Part shown: positions 48,294-58,401 of the stretch, one piece after another | Layout: each line of letters begins with the position of its first letter | Numbering within the stretch: the stretch's first letter is position 1 | Assembly: GCA_037441845.1 (NCBI GenBank) | Contig: JBBIRK010000003.1 | Location: 32,001-96,000 of the forward strand | DNA: 64,000 bases | Direction of reading: 5' to 3' | Origin: Candidatus Zixiibacteriota bacterium | GTDB lineage: Bacteria > Zixibacteria > MSB-5A5 > UBA10806 > 4484-95 | Program-made: the position numbers and the translations under genes | The notes under the pieces: generated by a model | The model's database searches: none | Seen by the model: the letters and a program-made list of their open reading frames with translations, nothing else | What the model was told of the DNA's origin: nothing

Positions 48294-48392
48294 TTCCAGA
48301 ATTTTTTGAATTGATAACCTTGCTTATCGTTTCTGTCAAGGCAAAATTAAAAAAAGCTTGACCGGAATCGACCATATATACGAAAATGAAAC

Positions 48393-48839
48393 ATGACCCT
48401 GTCCGATAAAGCAATAGCGGCCGATCGATTCGAGCAGTTTCTCAGACGAAATGGCCTGAAATTCACCGCTGAAAGAGACGCTATTTTCAGGGAGGTAATG
48501 TCCGCCGAGGGTCTTTTCGAGGCCGAAGACTTGCTGGCGATTTTGAAAAAAAAGGGAATAAAGAGTTCCCGGGCGACCGTTTACAGAGTTCTTGAGTTAC
48601 TTTGCCGGGCGGAGATTCTGCGCAAAGTATGTTTGGGTGAAGCACATCTTCACTATCAGAAAAACAGCGATCAGCCCGGATCGCAAAGGATGATCTGCCT
48701 CAAATGCGGGGATATTCGTGAATTCCAAGCAGCAGGGCTTGAACAGATGCACCGCGATCTTTGTCAACAACACGATTTCACCATGACCGATTATTGTTTT
48801 CAGTTGTTTGGGTATTGCCGTAAGTGCGCAGGGGATTGA
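48393..48839 (+). CDS. Fur-family transcriptional regulator (degenerate metal site)
   Basis: GLKFTAER, SRATVYRVL, ICLKCG, GYCRKC. Confidence 0.9.
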   Translation: MTLSDKAIAADRFEQFLRRNGLKFTAERDAIFREVMSAEGLFEAEDLLAILKKKGIKSSRATVYRVLELLCRAEILRKVCLGEAHLHYQKNSDQPGSQRMICLKCGDIREFQAAGLEQMHRDLCQQHDFTMTDYCFQLFGYCRKCAGD

Positions 48840-48840
48840 A

Positions 48841-49272
48841 ATGAACGGCGAAAAAAAACTGTTCGTCGAGTATCTCAAGAAGAAGGGACTCAAGACCACC
48901 CGGCAAAGGATGAATATTCTAGACTCGTTTCTTGAGGAAAACGGGCATGTTTCCGCTTTCGAACTTTATGAATCGTTGAAGAAAAAATATCCGGACATAG
49001 GATTTTCCACGGTATATCGCACCCTCAAATTATTTACCGAGTGCGGCCTTGCCAATGAGGTCAATTTCGGCGAGGGGCAGTCACGTTTCGAGAAGGCTTA
49101 CAAGCGTGAATATCACGGCCATCTGATCTGCCAAACCTGTGGCGACACTCATGAATTCTCCGCGGAATCGCTGCAGAATCTCCAGGAGAGGATTTTGACG
49201 AAACACGGCTATAAACCGCTCGGATTCAAATTCGAAATTTACGGGATTTGCCGTAAATGCCAGAAAAAGTAA
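48841..49272 (+). CDS. Fur-family transcriptional regulator
   Basis: GLKTTRQR, HVSA, STVYRTL, HGHLICQTC, GICRKC. Confidence 0.94.
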   Translation: MNGEKKLFVEYLKKKGLKTTRQRMNILDSFLEENGHVSAFELYESLKKKYPDIGFSTVYRTLKLFTECGLANEVNFGEGQSRFEKAYKREYHGHLICQTCGDTHEFSAESLQNLQERILTKHGYKPLGFKFEIYGICRKCQKK

Positions 49273-49567
49273 TCCTCGAATTACAGCGAAATTGAGATAG
49301 GGTTGTAACCTTAACCCATCCATTATACTACCGGTCGAAGCATACCCGCGTCTGTTTTGTTTTTTCGCTGCTTTTTTGCGATAGTCTTTTCCGCGCCTTG
49401 ATCAGTTTTGCCAAAGCCTCAGTATCGACGACTCGTAGCCATCTTTTATTGCCGTGCACCAAGAGGGAATAAATTCGAGAGGGAATAGGTTTCGAATTTT
49501 ATCGCAATATCATGAAGCGTTGGAACTTATAGGAATGAATTGAATTGCGGGATAAACGATCGAATCG

Positions 49568-50806
49568 TCAAATGCGGCTGGGCTCTTTCAACCGGGTTAC
49601 ATATAAAAGAGAAATTATCAAGCAGCCAAGGGTTATAGCGAACATCGCCGCCAGGCCGAACAGCTCGATGACGACGCCGCCTGCTATCGAAACGAGCGCA
49701 GCCGGAGCAATCAAAGTGTGGACCAATCCTATAGAGAGCGGCCTATCACGGTCGTCGGAGACTTCCAGCAAATAATTAAGAAATCCCATGCCCGAACCCG
49801 ACGCCGCCGCGCCGTTGAAAAAGAAGGCAAGGCCGAAAATGAAATATCCCGGATTCGCAAAAAGCGAAACGATCGCCACCACCGGGGCGACCAGCAGACA
49901 AAAAGTGCCCCATTTCATCAGTTGCTTGTTGGAGATGTAATTCGACAGCCAGGCCCATAGAAAATTCAAACCCAGGTATCCGACCATTTCGAACGACAGA
50001 TACGTAGCCGCCATCGCTTTGGAAATGCCCAGCCTTTCGGTGGCGACGATTACGTAAAAAGGCATGGCCATCAAGTAGAAAAAAGACAATATCCGCGAAA
50101 TCACTAGTTTTCTGATATTCGCATCGCTTCTATATATGGCAAGTCCAGCCCGAATGTTATTCATGATACCGCCGTAGGGTCGCTCCTGTACAAGCGGATA
50201 CTCTTTGGCGAAAGAAAAGGAAACCAGCCCAAGCGTGATACAAACGAATGCCATGCCGAAAAGCCTCCCGAAATCGACCGGGAAATCGTAAGTGTCTATT
50301 ATCTCTTTCGCCAACGGGCCAACAGCTATCGCCAGCAGCCCGCCGAAAAACATCCGCAGCCCGAAGAACGTGCCCCGCTTATTTATCGGAATAGTCCTGC
50401 CCACGATTTCCATAAAAGGCACTCCGGCGATTCCTCCGGATAGCGAATATGTCGTGAACAGGACACCGAACCCGATCAACAGCAAAAACGGCTCGTCCGC
50501 CCCCACGAACAACGTCAGGGCGACGATGCCTCCGAAACAGATCATCCTGAGAACCGCCATACGATTATACAACCAGAGCGTTTTCGCCCGGCCGCTTACG
50601 ATCGCTCCCGAGAGAAGTTGCGGGAAATACCAGCCGAACGACTCGATCGTGGCGAAGAAGCCGATTAGAATCTTGGAGTCGGTCAATCCTGAAATAAAAA
50701 GGGGTATGAGCGTTCCGGAATGGATAAAGGCTCCCGCGAGATTGAACAAAATGCCGTTGATCACCCCGAGGACCATATTCCGGCGGCAGTAATTTTCGTC
50801 GGTCAT
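49568..50806 (-). CDS. MFS transporter
   Basis: About 12 hydrophobic helices; IPINKRGTFFG loop. Confidence 0.88.
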   Translation of the reverse strand: MTDENYCRRNMVLGVINGILFNLAGAFIHSGTLIPLFISGLTDSKILIGFFATIESFGWYFPQLLSGAIVSGRAKTLWLYNRMAVLRMICFGGIVALTLFVGADEPFLLLIGFGVLFTTYSLSGGIAGVPFMEIVGRTIPINKRGTFFGLRMFFGGLLAIAVGPLAKEIIDTYDFPVDFGRLFGMAFVCITLGLVSFSFAKEYPLVQERPYGGIMNNIRAGLAIYRSDANIRKLVISRILSFFYLMAMPFYVIVATERLGISKAMAATYLSFEMVGYLGLNFLWAWLSNYISNKQLMKWGTFCLLVAPVVAIVSLFANPGYFIFGLAFFFNGAAASGSGMGFLNYLLEVSDDRDRPLSIGLVHTLIAPAALVSIAGGVVIELFGLAAMFAITLGCLIISLLYVTRLKEPSRI

Positions 50807-50887
50807 AATTGGCGCAATCTATCCATGACCGAACCCGTGTCAAGTAAAAGATTGACCGTCTTTCCGACGCGGATATATATTGATCTC

Positions 50888-51649
50888 ATGGCAAAACTTC
50901 TCGAATACGAAGCTGAAAGTCGCCTTTCATCGTTAAGCCTTCTATCGAAAATCGCTCTTGTTTTGGCGGCGACGATCGGGGTTATGTTCTGCGGCAGCCC
51001 GATGGGAATCGTTGCGGTTGCGGCCGCAGCCGGTGTTATCCTTTTGCTGTCCGGGGTCAAGCCCGGATTTTTCGCCAATTATTTTTTCAGGTTGTCTCCG
51101 ATTTTTCTTATCGTCTTTTTGATTCATTTGTTTTGTCACCAAGGCGACACGCTTTTCAAAATAGCCGGCTTGAAAGCCAGCTTCGCGGGAGCTGAGGCAG
51201 GGTTGCTGAACGTTTTCCGTCTAATCGATTTCATGCTCATAGCGATTCTTTTATTCCGCCATGTTTCGGCCGTCGAAATCGGCCGCAGTGTCGTGAGATT
51301 CGCCCAGCGCTTGAGGTTCAAGCCGCTTGAGGATTTGGCGATCGCCTTCTTCGTGGCCGTTCGTTTCATACCTCTGCTGGCGGTGGAGATCGCCGACGTG
51401 AAAACTGCCTTGCAGCTGCGCGGAGCCGAATTCTCTGGGGGACTTTTGGCAAAGATAAAATTCAATTTGAAAATCCTGATTCCGTTATTGGTTCGGGTAA
51501 TCCGCCAATCTTACGATGTGGGCACGGCGCTCGCGCTCAAAAGTTATCGGAATTGTTATTTCCCCGCAGCGACGCTCGGTTTGAGTGGAAAGGACCTGAT
51601 CTTGCTGCCGCTGGCGGTCACTTTGGCGCTCGTTCTTATCCGCCTATGA
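50888..51649 (+). CDS. ECF transporter transmembrane component T (EcfT/CbiQ)
   Basis: TM helices; AVRFIPLL, ALQLRG; precedes truA. Confidence 0.82.
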   Translation: MAKLLEYEAESRLSSLSLLSKIALVLAATIGVMFCGSPMGIVAVAAAAGVILLLSGVKPGFFANYFFRLSPIFLIVFLIHLFCHQGDTLFKIAGLKASFAGAEAGLLNVFRLIDFMLIAILLFRHVSAVEIGRSVVRFAQRLRFKPLEDLAIAFFVAVRFIPLLAVEIADVKTALQLRGAEFSGGLLAKIKFNLKILIPLLVRVIRQSYDVGTALALKSYRNCYFPAATLGLSGKDLILLPLAVTLALVLIRL

Positions 51650-52395
51650 ATAGATATCAATACAAGTTGATTATCGAATACGATGGCACCGATTTCTGCG
51701 GGTGGCAAGTGCAGCCCGGCAAAAGAACGGTTCAAGGAGAACTTGAAAGAGCGCTGTCCATAATCGCCGGATCGAAAGTAAAAACCTATGCCGCCGGACG
51801 AACCGACAGCGGGGTGCATGCCCGGATGCAAATCGCCACGTTTTTTCTCGAAAAATCCATATCCCCGCAGATTATCCATTCTCGTTTAGCAAGGATGCTC
51901 CCCAAAGATATGGCCGTCATAAGAACGACCAGAGCCAAACCGGGATTCAATCCGCGACGGGAGGCGACCCGTAGAACTTATCGCTACTATATAGCGGAGA
52001 CACCTGCTCCGTTGAAGCGAAGATACAGCTACTATTACGGACGGCCTTTGGATCTCGAAAAGCTCAATCGTTGCGCCGCCGTATTCGTGGGAGAACATGA
52101 TTTCGGTTTGCTTTGCAAGCGATCTTCCCGCAAGCCCAACAACGTCTGCATTATTTTCCGATCGCGATGGTTCCGCCGCTCGGGAATGTTATGCTATGAA
52201 GTCAGCGCCGATCGTTTTCTTCACAATATGGTCAGGCGTATCGTCGGTGTAATGCTCGCTTTTGAACGGTCAAAATTAAGCTTGACACAAATCGAAGCCA
52301 TCTTGAATAATAGTTTCGATGATCAGGTGAAATACAACGTTCCAGCGTGCGGTTTGATATTGCATGAAGTCAAATTCGGAAAGGTCGGAATATGA
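51646..52395 (+). CDS. truA: tRNA pseudouridine(38-40) synthase TruA
   Basis: [34 protein letters not shown]. Confidence 0.97.
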   Translation: MNRYQYKLIIEYDGTDFCGWQVQPGKRTVQGELERALSIIAGSKVKTYAAGRTDSGVHARMQIATFFLEKSISPQIIHSRLARMLPKDMAVIRTTRAKPGFNPRREATRRTYRYYIAETPAPLKRRYSYYYGRPLDLEKLNRCAAVFVGEHDFGLLCKRSSRKPNNVCIIFRSRWFRRSGMLCYEVSADRFLHNMVRRIVGVMLAFERSKLSLTQIEAILNNSFDDQVKYNVPACGLILHEVKFGKVGI

Positions 52396-53039
52396 AAATC
52401 TTTATTGACACCGCCAATATCGATGAAATACGCCAGGCCGCCGATCTCGGTATCCTCGACGGGGTCACCACCAACCCCTCGCTGATTGCCAAGGAGAAAG
52501 GCAAGTTCAAAGATATTCTGCTTGCTATATGCGAGATCGTGGATGGGCCCGTTTCTGCTGAGGTGACCGCTCTTGATGTCGAGGGGATGATTGCCGAGGC
52601 CGAGGAATTGACCGCGATCCATAAAAATATCATAATCAAGGTCCCCGTCACCGTAGCCGGGCTGAAAGCGACCAGGCAGTTATCTCTCAAAGGTATAGAC
52701 GTCAATATGACACTCTGTTTCTCACCGTTGCAGGCTTTGCTGGCCGCCAAGGCCGGTGCCGCCTATATCTCGCCTTTCGTCGGTCGTCTCGATGATGTCA
52801 GCCACGACGGCATGGAGCTTATCGAGCAGATAGTCGATATTTACGACAATTACGGTTATGAAACGGAAGTCTTGGTCGCTTCGGTGAGGCACCCGATTCA
52901 TGTAGTGCAGGCGGCTCTGATCGGCGCGGATGTGGTCACCGTGCCCTTCAAGGTGATCGAACAATTCGTTCAACATCCGCTTACCGATGTCGGCCTAAAG
53001 AAATTTCTTTCTGATTGGGAAAAGGTTCGGAATCGTTAG
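52392..53039 (+). CDS. fsa: Fructose-6-phosphate aldolase / TalC-type transaldolase
   Basis: [38 protein letters not shown]. Confidence 0.93.
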   Translation: MKIFIDTANIDEIRQAADLGILDGVTTNPSLIAKEKGKFKDILLAICEIVDGPVSAEVTALDVEGMIAEAEELTAIHKNIIIKVPVTVAGLKATRQLSLKGIDVNMTLCFSPLQALLAAKAGAAYISPFVGRLDDVSHDGMELIEQIVDIYDNYGYETEVLVASVRHPIHVVQAALIGADVVTVPFKVIEQFVQHPLTDVGLKKFLSDWEKVRNR

Positions 53040-54332
53040 ATGATTTCCCGTTATACGCTTCCCGAAATGGGGAAGCTCTGGAGCGAGAAAAATAAATTCT
53101 CGACCTGGCTGGAAATCGAACTGGCCGTCTGCGAAGCCTGGCACCGGCTCGGGAAAATTCCCCGTTCGGCGCTGATAACGATCAAAAAGAAAGCGCATTT
53201 CGATGCCGACCGGATAAACGAAATCGAGGCCGAAACCAGGCATGATGTCATAGCGTTCCTGACCAACCTGGCCGAATACGTAGGTCCGCAGGCAAAATAT
53301 ATACACTTTGGGTTGACCTCTTCGGACATTCTCGATATATCGCTATCTCTTACTATCCAGAAAGCGGCGAAACTTATTCGGACGAGAATGCGAAGGATCG
53401 CCGCGACCGCCAAACGGCTTGCCAGGCGCCACTCCAAAACGATTCAAATCGGTCGGACTCACGGGGTTCACGCCGAGCCCACGTCGTTCGGATTGAAGAT
53501 GGCTCTCTGGTATCAAGAAATGAAAAGAAATATCGATCGCCTCGATCGCGCCTGCGAAAATCTGGCCGTCGGCAAAATTTCGGGCGCGGTCGGCAATTTC
53601 GCCAATGTCGATCCCCGAGTGGAGGAATATGTTTGCCGCAAGTTCGGGTTGAAGCCTGCGCCGGTTTCCACCCAAATAATTCAGCGCGACCGTCACGCCG
53701 ATTTTCTGAACGTTCTGGCGGTGATCGGCGGCAGTCTCGAAAAATTCGCGACCGAAATCCGCAATTTACAGAGGACGGAAATCGGCGAATTGCAGGAGGG
53801 CTTTTCCGGCAAGCAAAAGGGATCCTCGGCCATGCCGCACAAGCGTAATCCTATAAATTGCGAGAGAATCGTCGGCCTCAGCCGGGTTTTGCGCGGAAAT
53901 GCGCTGGCCGGCATGGAAAATCAATGTCTCTGGCACGAACGCGATATCACTCATTCGTCGGCGGAAAGGATCATCATCGCAGACTCGTGCACCCTGATAG
54001 ATTATATGCTTTGGCTGTTCGAGGACGTGCTCGCCAATCTGGTGATAAATGTGCGCAAGATGCGTTCGAATCTATTCGCCGGCGGCGGACTGGTGTTCTC
54101 TCAGCGCCTGCTGCTTGCGCTGACCCCGAAAATGGAATCGCGGGAGCAAGCGTATAAGGTGGTGCAGACGCTGGCCATGAAAGCGATCGATGAAAATAAG
54201 GGATTCAAGGATCTCGTGCTCGAATCGCCTGAAATCCGCAAACTCCTTTCCGAAGATGAAATCGAAGATTGTTTTGATCTGGATTATTACACTAAACATG
54301 TGGACTTCATTCTCGAACGGGCGCTGCGCTGA
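53040..54332 (+). CDS. purB: Adenylosuccinate lyase
   Basis: MISRY, RHDVIAF, GRTHGVHAEP, GSSAMPHKRNP, WHERDITHSS. Confidence 0.98.
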   Translation: MISRYTLPEMGKLWSEKNKFSTWLEIELAVCEAWHRLGKIPRSALITIKKKAHFDADRINEIEAETRHDVIAFLTNLAEYVGPQAKYIHFGLTSSDILDISLSLTIQKAAKLIRTRMRRIAATAKRLARRHSKTIQIGRTHGVHAEPTSFGLKMALWYQEMKRNIDRLDRACENLAVGKISGAVGNFANVDPRVEEYVCRKFGLKPAPVSTQIIQRDRHADFLNVLAVIGGSLEKFATEIRNLQRTEIGELQEGFSGKQKGSSAMPHKRNPINCERIVGLSRVLRGNALAGMENQCLWHERDITHSSAERIIIADSCTLIDYMLWLFEDVLANLVINVRKMRSNLFAGGGLVFSQRLLLALTPKMESREQAYKVVQTLAMKAIDENKGFKDLVLESPEIRKLLSEDEIEDCFDLDYYTKHVDFILERALR

Positions 54333-54952
54333 TGGATCGCGACGGATTGCTTTTCACGCTTCCTCTACTGGCCGTTTCGATTTTATGTTTCTACTTTTCG
54401 CAAAGCGGTCTCTATCTGCTGTTGGCTTATTGCGGCATACTTGCTTTTGTGGGGGCGGCCTTACTGGCTTTCTTTTTCAGAGACCCCGAGAGGAAAACGC
54501 CGTCGGATGCCGATTCGGTTTATTCACCAGCGGACGGCAGAATCATCGAAATCGTCGATGAAGACGGTCGGAAAAGGATTTCCATTTTTCTATCGATTTT
54601 CGATGTGCATATCAATCGGATTCCGATTTCGGGTAAAATAACCCGCATTGAACGCAAGCAAGGGAAGTTTCTGGCCGCATTCAAGGCCGAAGCATCGAAA
54701 GTGAACGAACAATCCGAGATCGAAATCGAATCCGATCACGGAACGGTTGTGGTCAGGCAAATCGCGGGGATTCTGGCAAGACGGGTGGTCTGCCGGCTCG
54801 AAATCGGACAGCAGGTGAAAGCCGGTGATCGATTAGGCCTAATAAGATTCGGCAGCCGCCTCGATATCATACTGCCGCCGACGGTCGAAACCAAGGTTTC
54901 ACTTAAACAAAAGGTCAAGGCGGGAATCACAATTATCGGCAGATTTCGATGA
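54332..54952 (+). CDS. psd: Phosphatidylserine decarboxylase proenzyme
   Basis: FFRDPER, SPADG, FDVHINR, RFGSRLD self-cleavage motif. Confidence 0.95.
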   Translation: MDRDGLLFTLPLLAVSILCFYFSQSGLYLLLAYCGILAFVGAALLAFFFRDPERKTPSDADSVYSPADGRIIEIVDEDGRKRISIFLSIFDVHINRIPISGKITRIERKQGKFLAAFKAEASKVNEQSEIEIESDHGTVVVRQIAGILARRVVCRLEIGQQVKAGDRLGLIRFGSRLDIILPPTVETKVSLKQKVKAGITIIGRFR

Positions 54953-55713
54953 ACGGTTATCGCGGCGTCATACCGGGTGTATTCACGCTCGGGAACCTAT
55001 TCTGCGGTTTCGCATCGATTTTGACCTCGATCCGCGGTGCGCATCCGACCGAAGCCGCCTGGATGATCGTTTTCGCCGCATTTTTCGATTTTCTCGATGG
55101 ACTTGTTGCCCGGCTGGCCAAAAGCGCCTCGCGGTTCGGCGTCGAATTCGATTCGCTCTGTGATATCGTTTCGTTCGGCGTCGCTCCGGCCGCGATGCTG
55201 TATTCCTTTAAGATGGTGGAGCTGGGCAATTGGGGATGGGTGCTCGGTTTCGTCTTTATAACCGCAGGAACTTTTCGCTTGGCTCGTTTCAATCTCACGG
55301 CCAAATTGGAAACCAAAAGCAACTTCATCGGCTTGCCTTTGCCGGCGGCGTCTTTGGGCCTGGCCTCGTTCGTGATTTTCTGCGATAACCTCTGGGGAAG
55401 CATAAGGCTTGACAGCATCTTATATGTCATGGTAATCGCCTATTCCGCCCTGATGGTGTCCACGATCGAATACGAATCGATGCCGTCTTTCGATATCGCG
55501 GTATCTCGAAACCGCATTAAAATTCTATCTCTGGTCGCCATCAGTTTGCTTCTATTGATCAAGACCAAATTGATGCTATTTCCCGTCCTGGTCTTATATG
55601 CTCTTTCCGGTCCGGTCAGACTGATCGTGGGATTGATTAACAGCAACGTCCGGAGGGAACTTATTAGACCCAGAAACCTTTTCAAAAAAGACGATTCCCG
55701 GAAAGCGGGTTGA
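54949..55713 (+). CDS. pssA: CDP-diacylglycerol--serine O-phosphatidyltransferase
   Basis: TLGNLFCG, DFLDGLVAR, FDSLCDIVSFGVAP, RLARFN, FIGLP. Confidence 0.95.
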   Translation: MNGYRGVIPGVFTLGNLFCGFASILTSIRGAHPTEAAWMIVFAAFFDFLDGLVARLAKSASRFGVEFDSLCDIVSFGVAPAAMLYSFKMVELGNWGWVLGFVFITAGTFRLARFNLTAKLETKSNFIGLPLPAASLGLASFVIFCDNLWGSIRLDSILYVMVIAYSALMVSTIEYESMPSFDIAVSRNRIKILSLVAISLLLLIKTKLMLFPVLVLYALSGPVRLIVGLINSNVRRELIRPRNLFKKDDSRKAG

Positions 55714-55717
55714 TACG

Positions 55718-55969
55718 ATGAGCAAATTCAAAATCAGAGTCGAGGTCAGATTCAAGGAAGGGGTGCTCGACCCTCAAGGCGAAACGATCAAGAATGCGTT
55801 GGTTAACCTCGGTTATTCCGAGGTTGCCGCGGTTTCTACGGCCAAGCTGTTCATTCTGGAACTTACCGCCGATAGCGAAACCCGTGCGCTGCAAAAGGCG
55901 GGGGAGATGGCCGCCAAGCTTCTGGCCAACCCGGTGATCGAAAAATTTTCGGTGGAGCCGCAAAAATGA
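55718..55969 (+). CDS. purS: FGAM synthase subunit PurS
   Basis: [17 protein letters not shown]. Confidence 0.96.
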   Translation: MSKFKIRVEVRFKEGVLDPQGETIKNALVNLGYSEVAAVSTAKLFILELTADSETRALQKAGEMAAKLLANPVIEKFSVEPQK

Positions 55970-56652
55970 TGTATGGCATCGTGGTGTTTCCAGGATCGAA
56001 TTGCGATTATGACGCCTATCAGGCGATCAAATCGGCAGGACTCGGACAAACGAAATATCTCTGGCACGATAGCGCCGATTTGGAGGGGTGTGACCTGATA
56101 ATTCTGCCAGGGGGGTTTTCCTACGGCGATTATCTAAGGGCAGGCGCGATCGCCAGGTTTTCCCCAATAATGAAGGCGGTCGGCGAATTCGCCTCCAAGG
56201 GCGGGCCGGTAATCGGGATTTGCAACGGGTTCCAGGTGTTGCTCGAGGCAGGATTGCTCCCCGGAGCCATGAGGCGCAACAGCGGGCTGAGATTTATCTG
56301 CAAAGAAATTTATCTGAAAGCGGAGAACCGCGATTCCATTTTCACCAGAGGAATTCCTGCCGGCAAAATGTTGCGCATGCCTATCGCCCACGCCGAGGGC
56401 AACTATTATTGCGATGCCGAAACGTTAAATGGTCTGAATAAAAAAGGCCGAGTGGCTTTCCGTTATTGCAGTGCGGATGGACGAGTAGATTCCGACTCGA
56501 ATCCGAACGGCTCAACGGAAAACATCGCCGGCATTATAAACGATTGCGGAAACGTTCTCGGGCTCATGCCCCATCCCGAACGGGCTTGCGAGGCTTTGCT
56601 CGGCTCGACGGACGGCGCATTAATTTTCGAATCGATTAGGAAGGCGGGCTGA
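55966..56652 (+). CDS. purQ: FGAM synthase glutaminase subunit PurQ
   Basis: [31 protein letters not shown]. Confidence 0.98.
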   Translation: MMYGIVVFPGSNCDYDAYQAIKSAGLGQTKYLWHDSADLEGCDLIILPGGFSYGDYLRAGAIARFSPIMKAVGEFASKGGPVIGICNGFQVLLEAGLLPGAMRRNSGLRFICKEIYLKAENRDSIFTRGIPAGKMLRMPIAHAEGNYYCDAETLNGLNKKGRVAFRYCSADGRVDSDSNPNGSTENIAGIINDCGNVLGLMPHPERACEALLGSTDGALIFESIRKAG

Positions 56653-56918
56653 TGAAACGAAGAGAAGTCATATTTCTTACTGTGGCTTTGATTCTTGCCG
56701 CGGTCTGCGGCGGGCTGATCGGCGAATTAGTGGGCTCATTTCTTCCCGATGGCGCAGTGAAAACGCTATTCGTGAAATCGATCGACATCGGCTTTTCGCC
56801 GGTCTCGGTGCAGTTGTATGCTTTAAGCTTCACTATCGGCTTGATGATAAAAATAAATTTCGTTTCCGTTTTGACGATAATCGGAGTTATTATATATTTC
56901 CGATGGTGGTATCTTTGA
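56652..56918 (+). CDS. DUF4321-like small membrane protein
   Basis: GGLIGELVG, hydrophobic; LSFTIGLMIKINFVSVLTII. Confidence 0.75.
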   Translation: MKRREVIFLTVALILAAVCGGLIGELVGSFLPDGAVKTLFVKSIDIGFSPVSVQLYALSFTIGLMIKINFVSVLTIIGVIIYFRWWYL

Positions 56919-56937
56919 TACCGGAAAGAAGGTGAAT

Positions 56938-57183
56938 ATGTCAAATATATTGTTGCTCGGATCGGTCGGCCCGACCGAGATAATCGTCATTCTCCTGCTG
57001 GTTTTGCTTCTGTTCGGAGCCAAACGAATCCCCGAAATAGCCCAAAGTCTCGGCAAGGGAATCCGCGAATTCAAGCGCTCGATGCGGGAAATCGAAACCG
57101 AAATCGAGGCTCCTCCGCCCAAGATTACGAATGGAGGTTCCACCGGGCAGGCCGATAAGAAAGATGAAAAGCCCCGAGGATAA
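56938..57183 (+). CDS. tatA: Twin-arginine translocase TatA/E
   Basis: GPTEIIVI..LLFGAKRIPE..SLGKGIREFK. Confidence 0.95.
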   Translation: MSNILLLGSVGPTEIIVILLLVLLLFGAKRIPEIAQSLGKGIREFKRSMREIETEIEAPPPKITNGGSTGQADKKDEKPRG

Positions 57184-57643
57184 GGAAAAGCCGGTCTTCA
57201 CCGACGCCGATATCAAGTCGATCGCGAAGGTGCTGAACAACGCCGAATCCGTTCGTTATCCGGATCACTGGCGGATAAAGCTGGCCAATCCCCGCGAAAA
57301 GCGCCACATAGCTATCGATGTTTATCCATCGGCGGCTCTCTCGGAGAAAACCAGAGGGCCGCTGATCGTCGTTTATGCGGGCAACAGCCATCTACAGCTT
57401 CATGATTGCCGCGGCTATGTGATTTCCGAGGAGCTCGGGGAGGTTACGTTTGTCAGCGAGGCAGGTGGTAAGGTAAGTGGGTTGGTAATCGAACGGGAAT
57501 GCGCCTGTTCGCTTTATGCCGATGCCGAACGCAAACTGCTGTCCGGTGATTTCACCAAGCTCGGCGTCGAGGTAATGTTGTCGGGGGTAGCCCTCTCTCT
57601 GGCCGAGGAGTTGCTGGATAAAAGCCGGCGTAAAAAACTATAA
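57164..57643 (+). CDS. Hypothetical protein
   Basis: Open frame overlapping the tatA end; globular composition; no recognised motif. Confidence 0.7.
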   Translation: MKSPEDKEKPVFTDADIKSIAKVLNNAESVRYPDHWRIKLANPREKRHIAIDVYPSAALSEKTRGPLIVVYAGNSHLQLHDCRGYVISEELGEVTFVSEAGGKVSGLVIERECACSLYADAERKLLSGDFTKLGVEVMLSGVALSLAEELLDKSRRKKL

Positions 57644-57873
57644 ATCAATATACCGCAACTTGAACCGCAAAGCACCAATCTGAACATAACGCGATAAACA
57701 ACATGAACTTGCCGATATCGTCGGAAGCGATAGTCAGCGCCCGAATTTCTTATATCAATTCTCCGAATGTCAACATAGCGCTTGTTTTTTTGGAAAACAG
57801 GAATTTATTATGGCTGAAAGCCGCTATTGTGAATGTTGCCTAAGCGGCCAATCAATACGAAGCGAGGTTGGCG

Positions 57874-58248
57874 ATGGTCCAGGAATTTCCATACTCGAAA
57901 ACTGTAATAGAACATTTTACCAACCCCCGCAACATGGGGGAAATGGACAACCCCACGGTTGTGGCGGAAGTCGGCAGCCAGGTTTGCGGCGATATGATGC
58001 GGCTGTATCTCAAAATCGATAACGGCGTTATCACCGACGCCAAATTCAAAACGTTCGGATGCGCAGCCGCAATCGCTTCGTCATCGATTTTAACCGAAAT
58101 GCTGATCGGCAAGACGATCGAGGAAGCTCTGAAAATTACGAACGGCGCCGTCGCCCAGGCTCTGGGAGGTCTTCCCGAGGCCAAAGTCCACTGCTCGGTC
58201 ATGGCCGAGGATGCTCTGAAAGCGGCCTTGAAAGATTGGAAAGGTTGA
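57874..58248 (+). CDS. IscU/NifU-family Fe-S cluster scaffold
   Basis: YSKTVIEHFTNPRN, CGD, FKTFGC, KVHCS. Confidence 0.94.
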   Translation: MVQEFPYSKTVIEHFTNPRNMGEMDNPTVVAEVGSQVCGDMMRLYLKIDNGVITDAKFKTFGCAAAIASSSILTEMLIGKTIEEALKITNGAVAQALGGLPEAKVHCSVMAEDALKAALKDWKG

Positions 58249-58401
58249 GCTGTCAGGTGGCTCGATAGGCCAACCTTCCGGCAGCCGTGCAATCGCAAAA
58301 TCAAAGAATTATTCCGATGTCGAACCGATTTCCAAATACCTACTTGATCGACGCCTGATGCCCGGCAACATTTTTTCGATTTAAGGAGTTCATCAATAGT
58401 G

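Noticed and set aside
48312..48330. GATAA-N6-TTATC inverted repeat upstream of the Fur pair as a Fur box
   Set aside because: Spacing fits neither the 7-1-7 nor the 19-bp Fur consensus; too short to support
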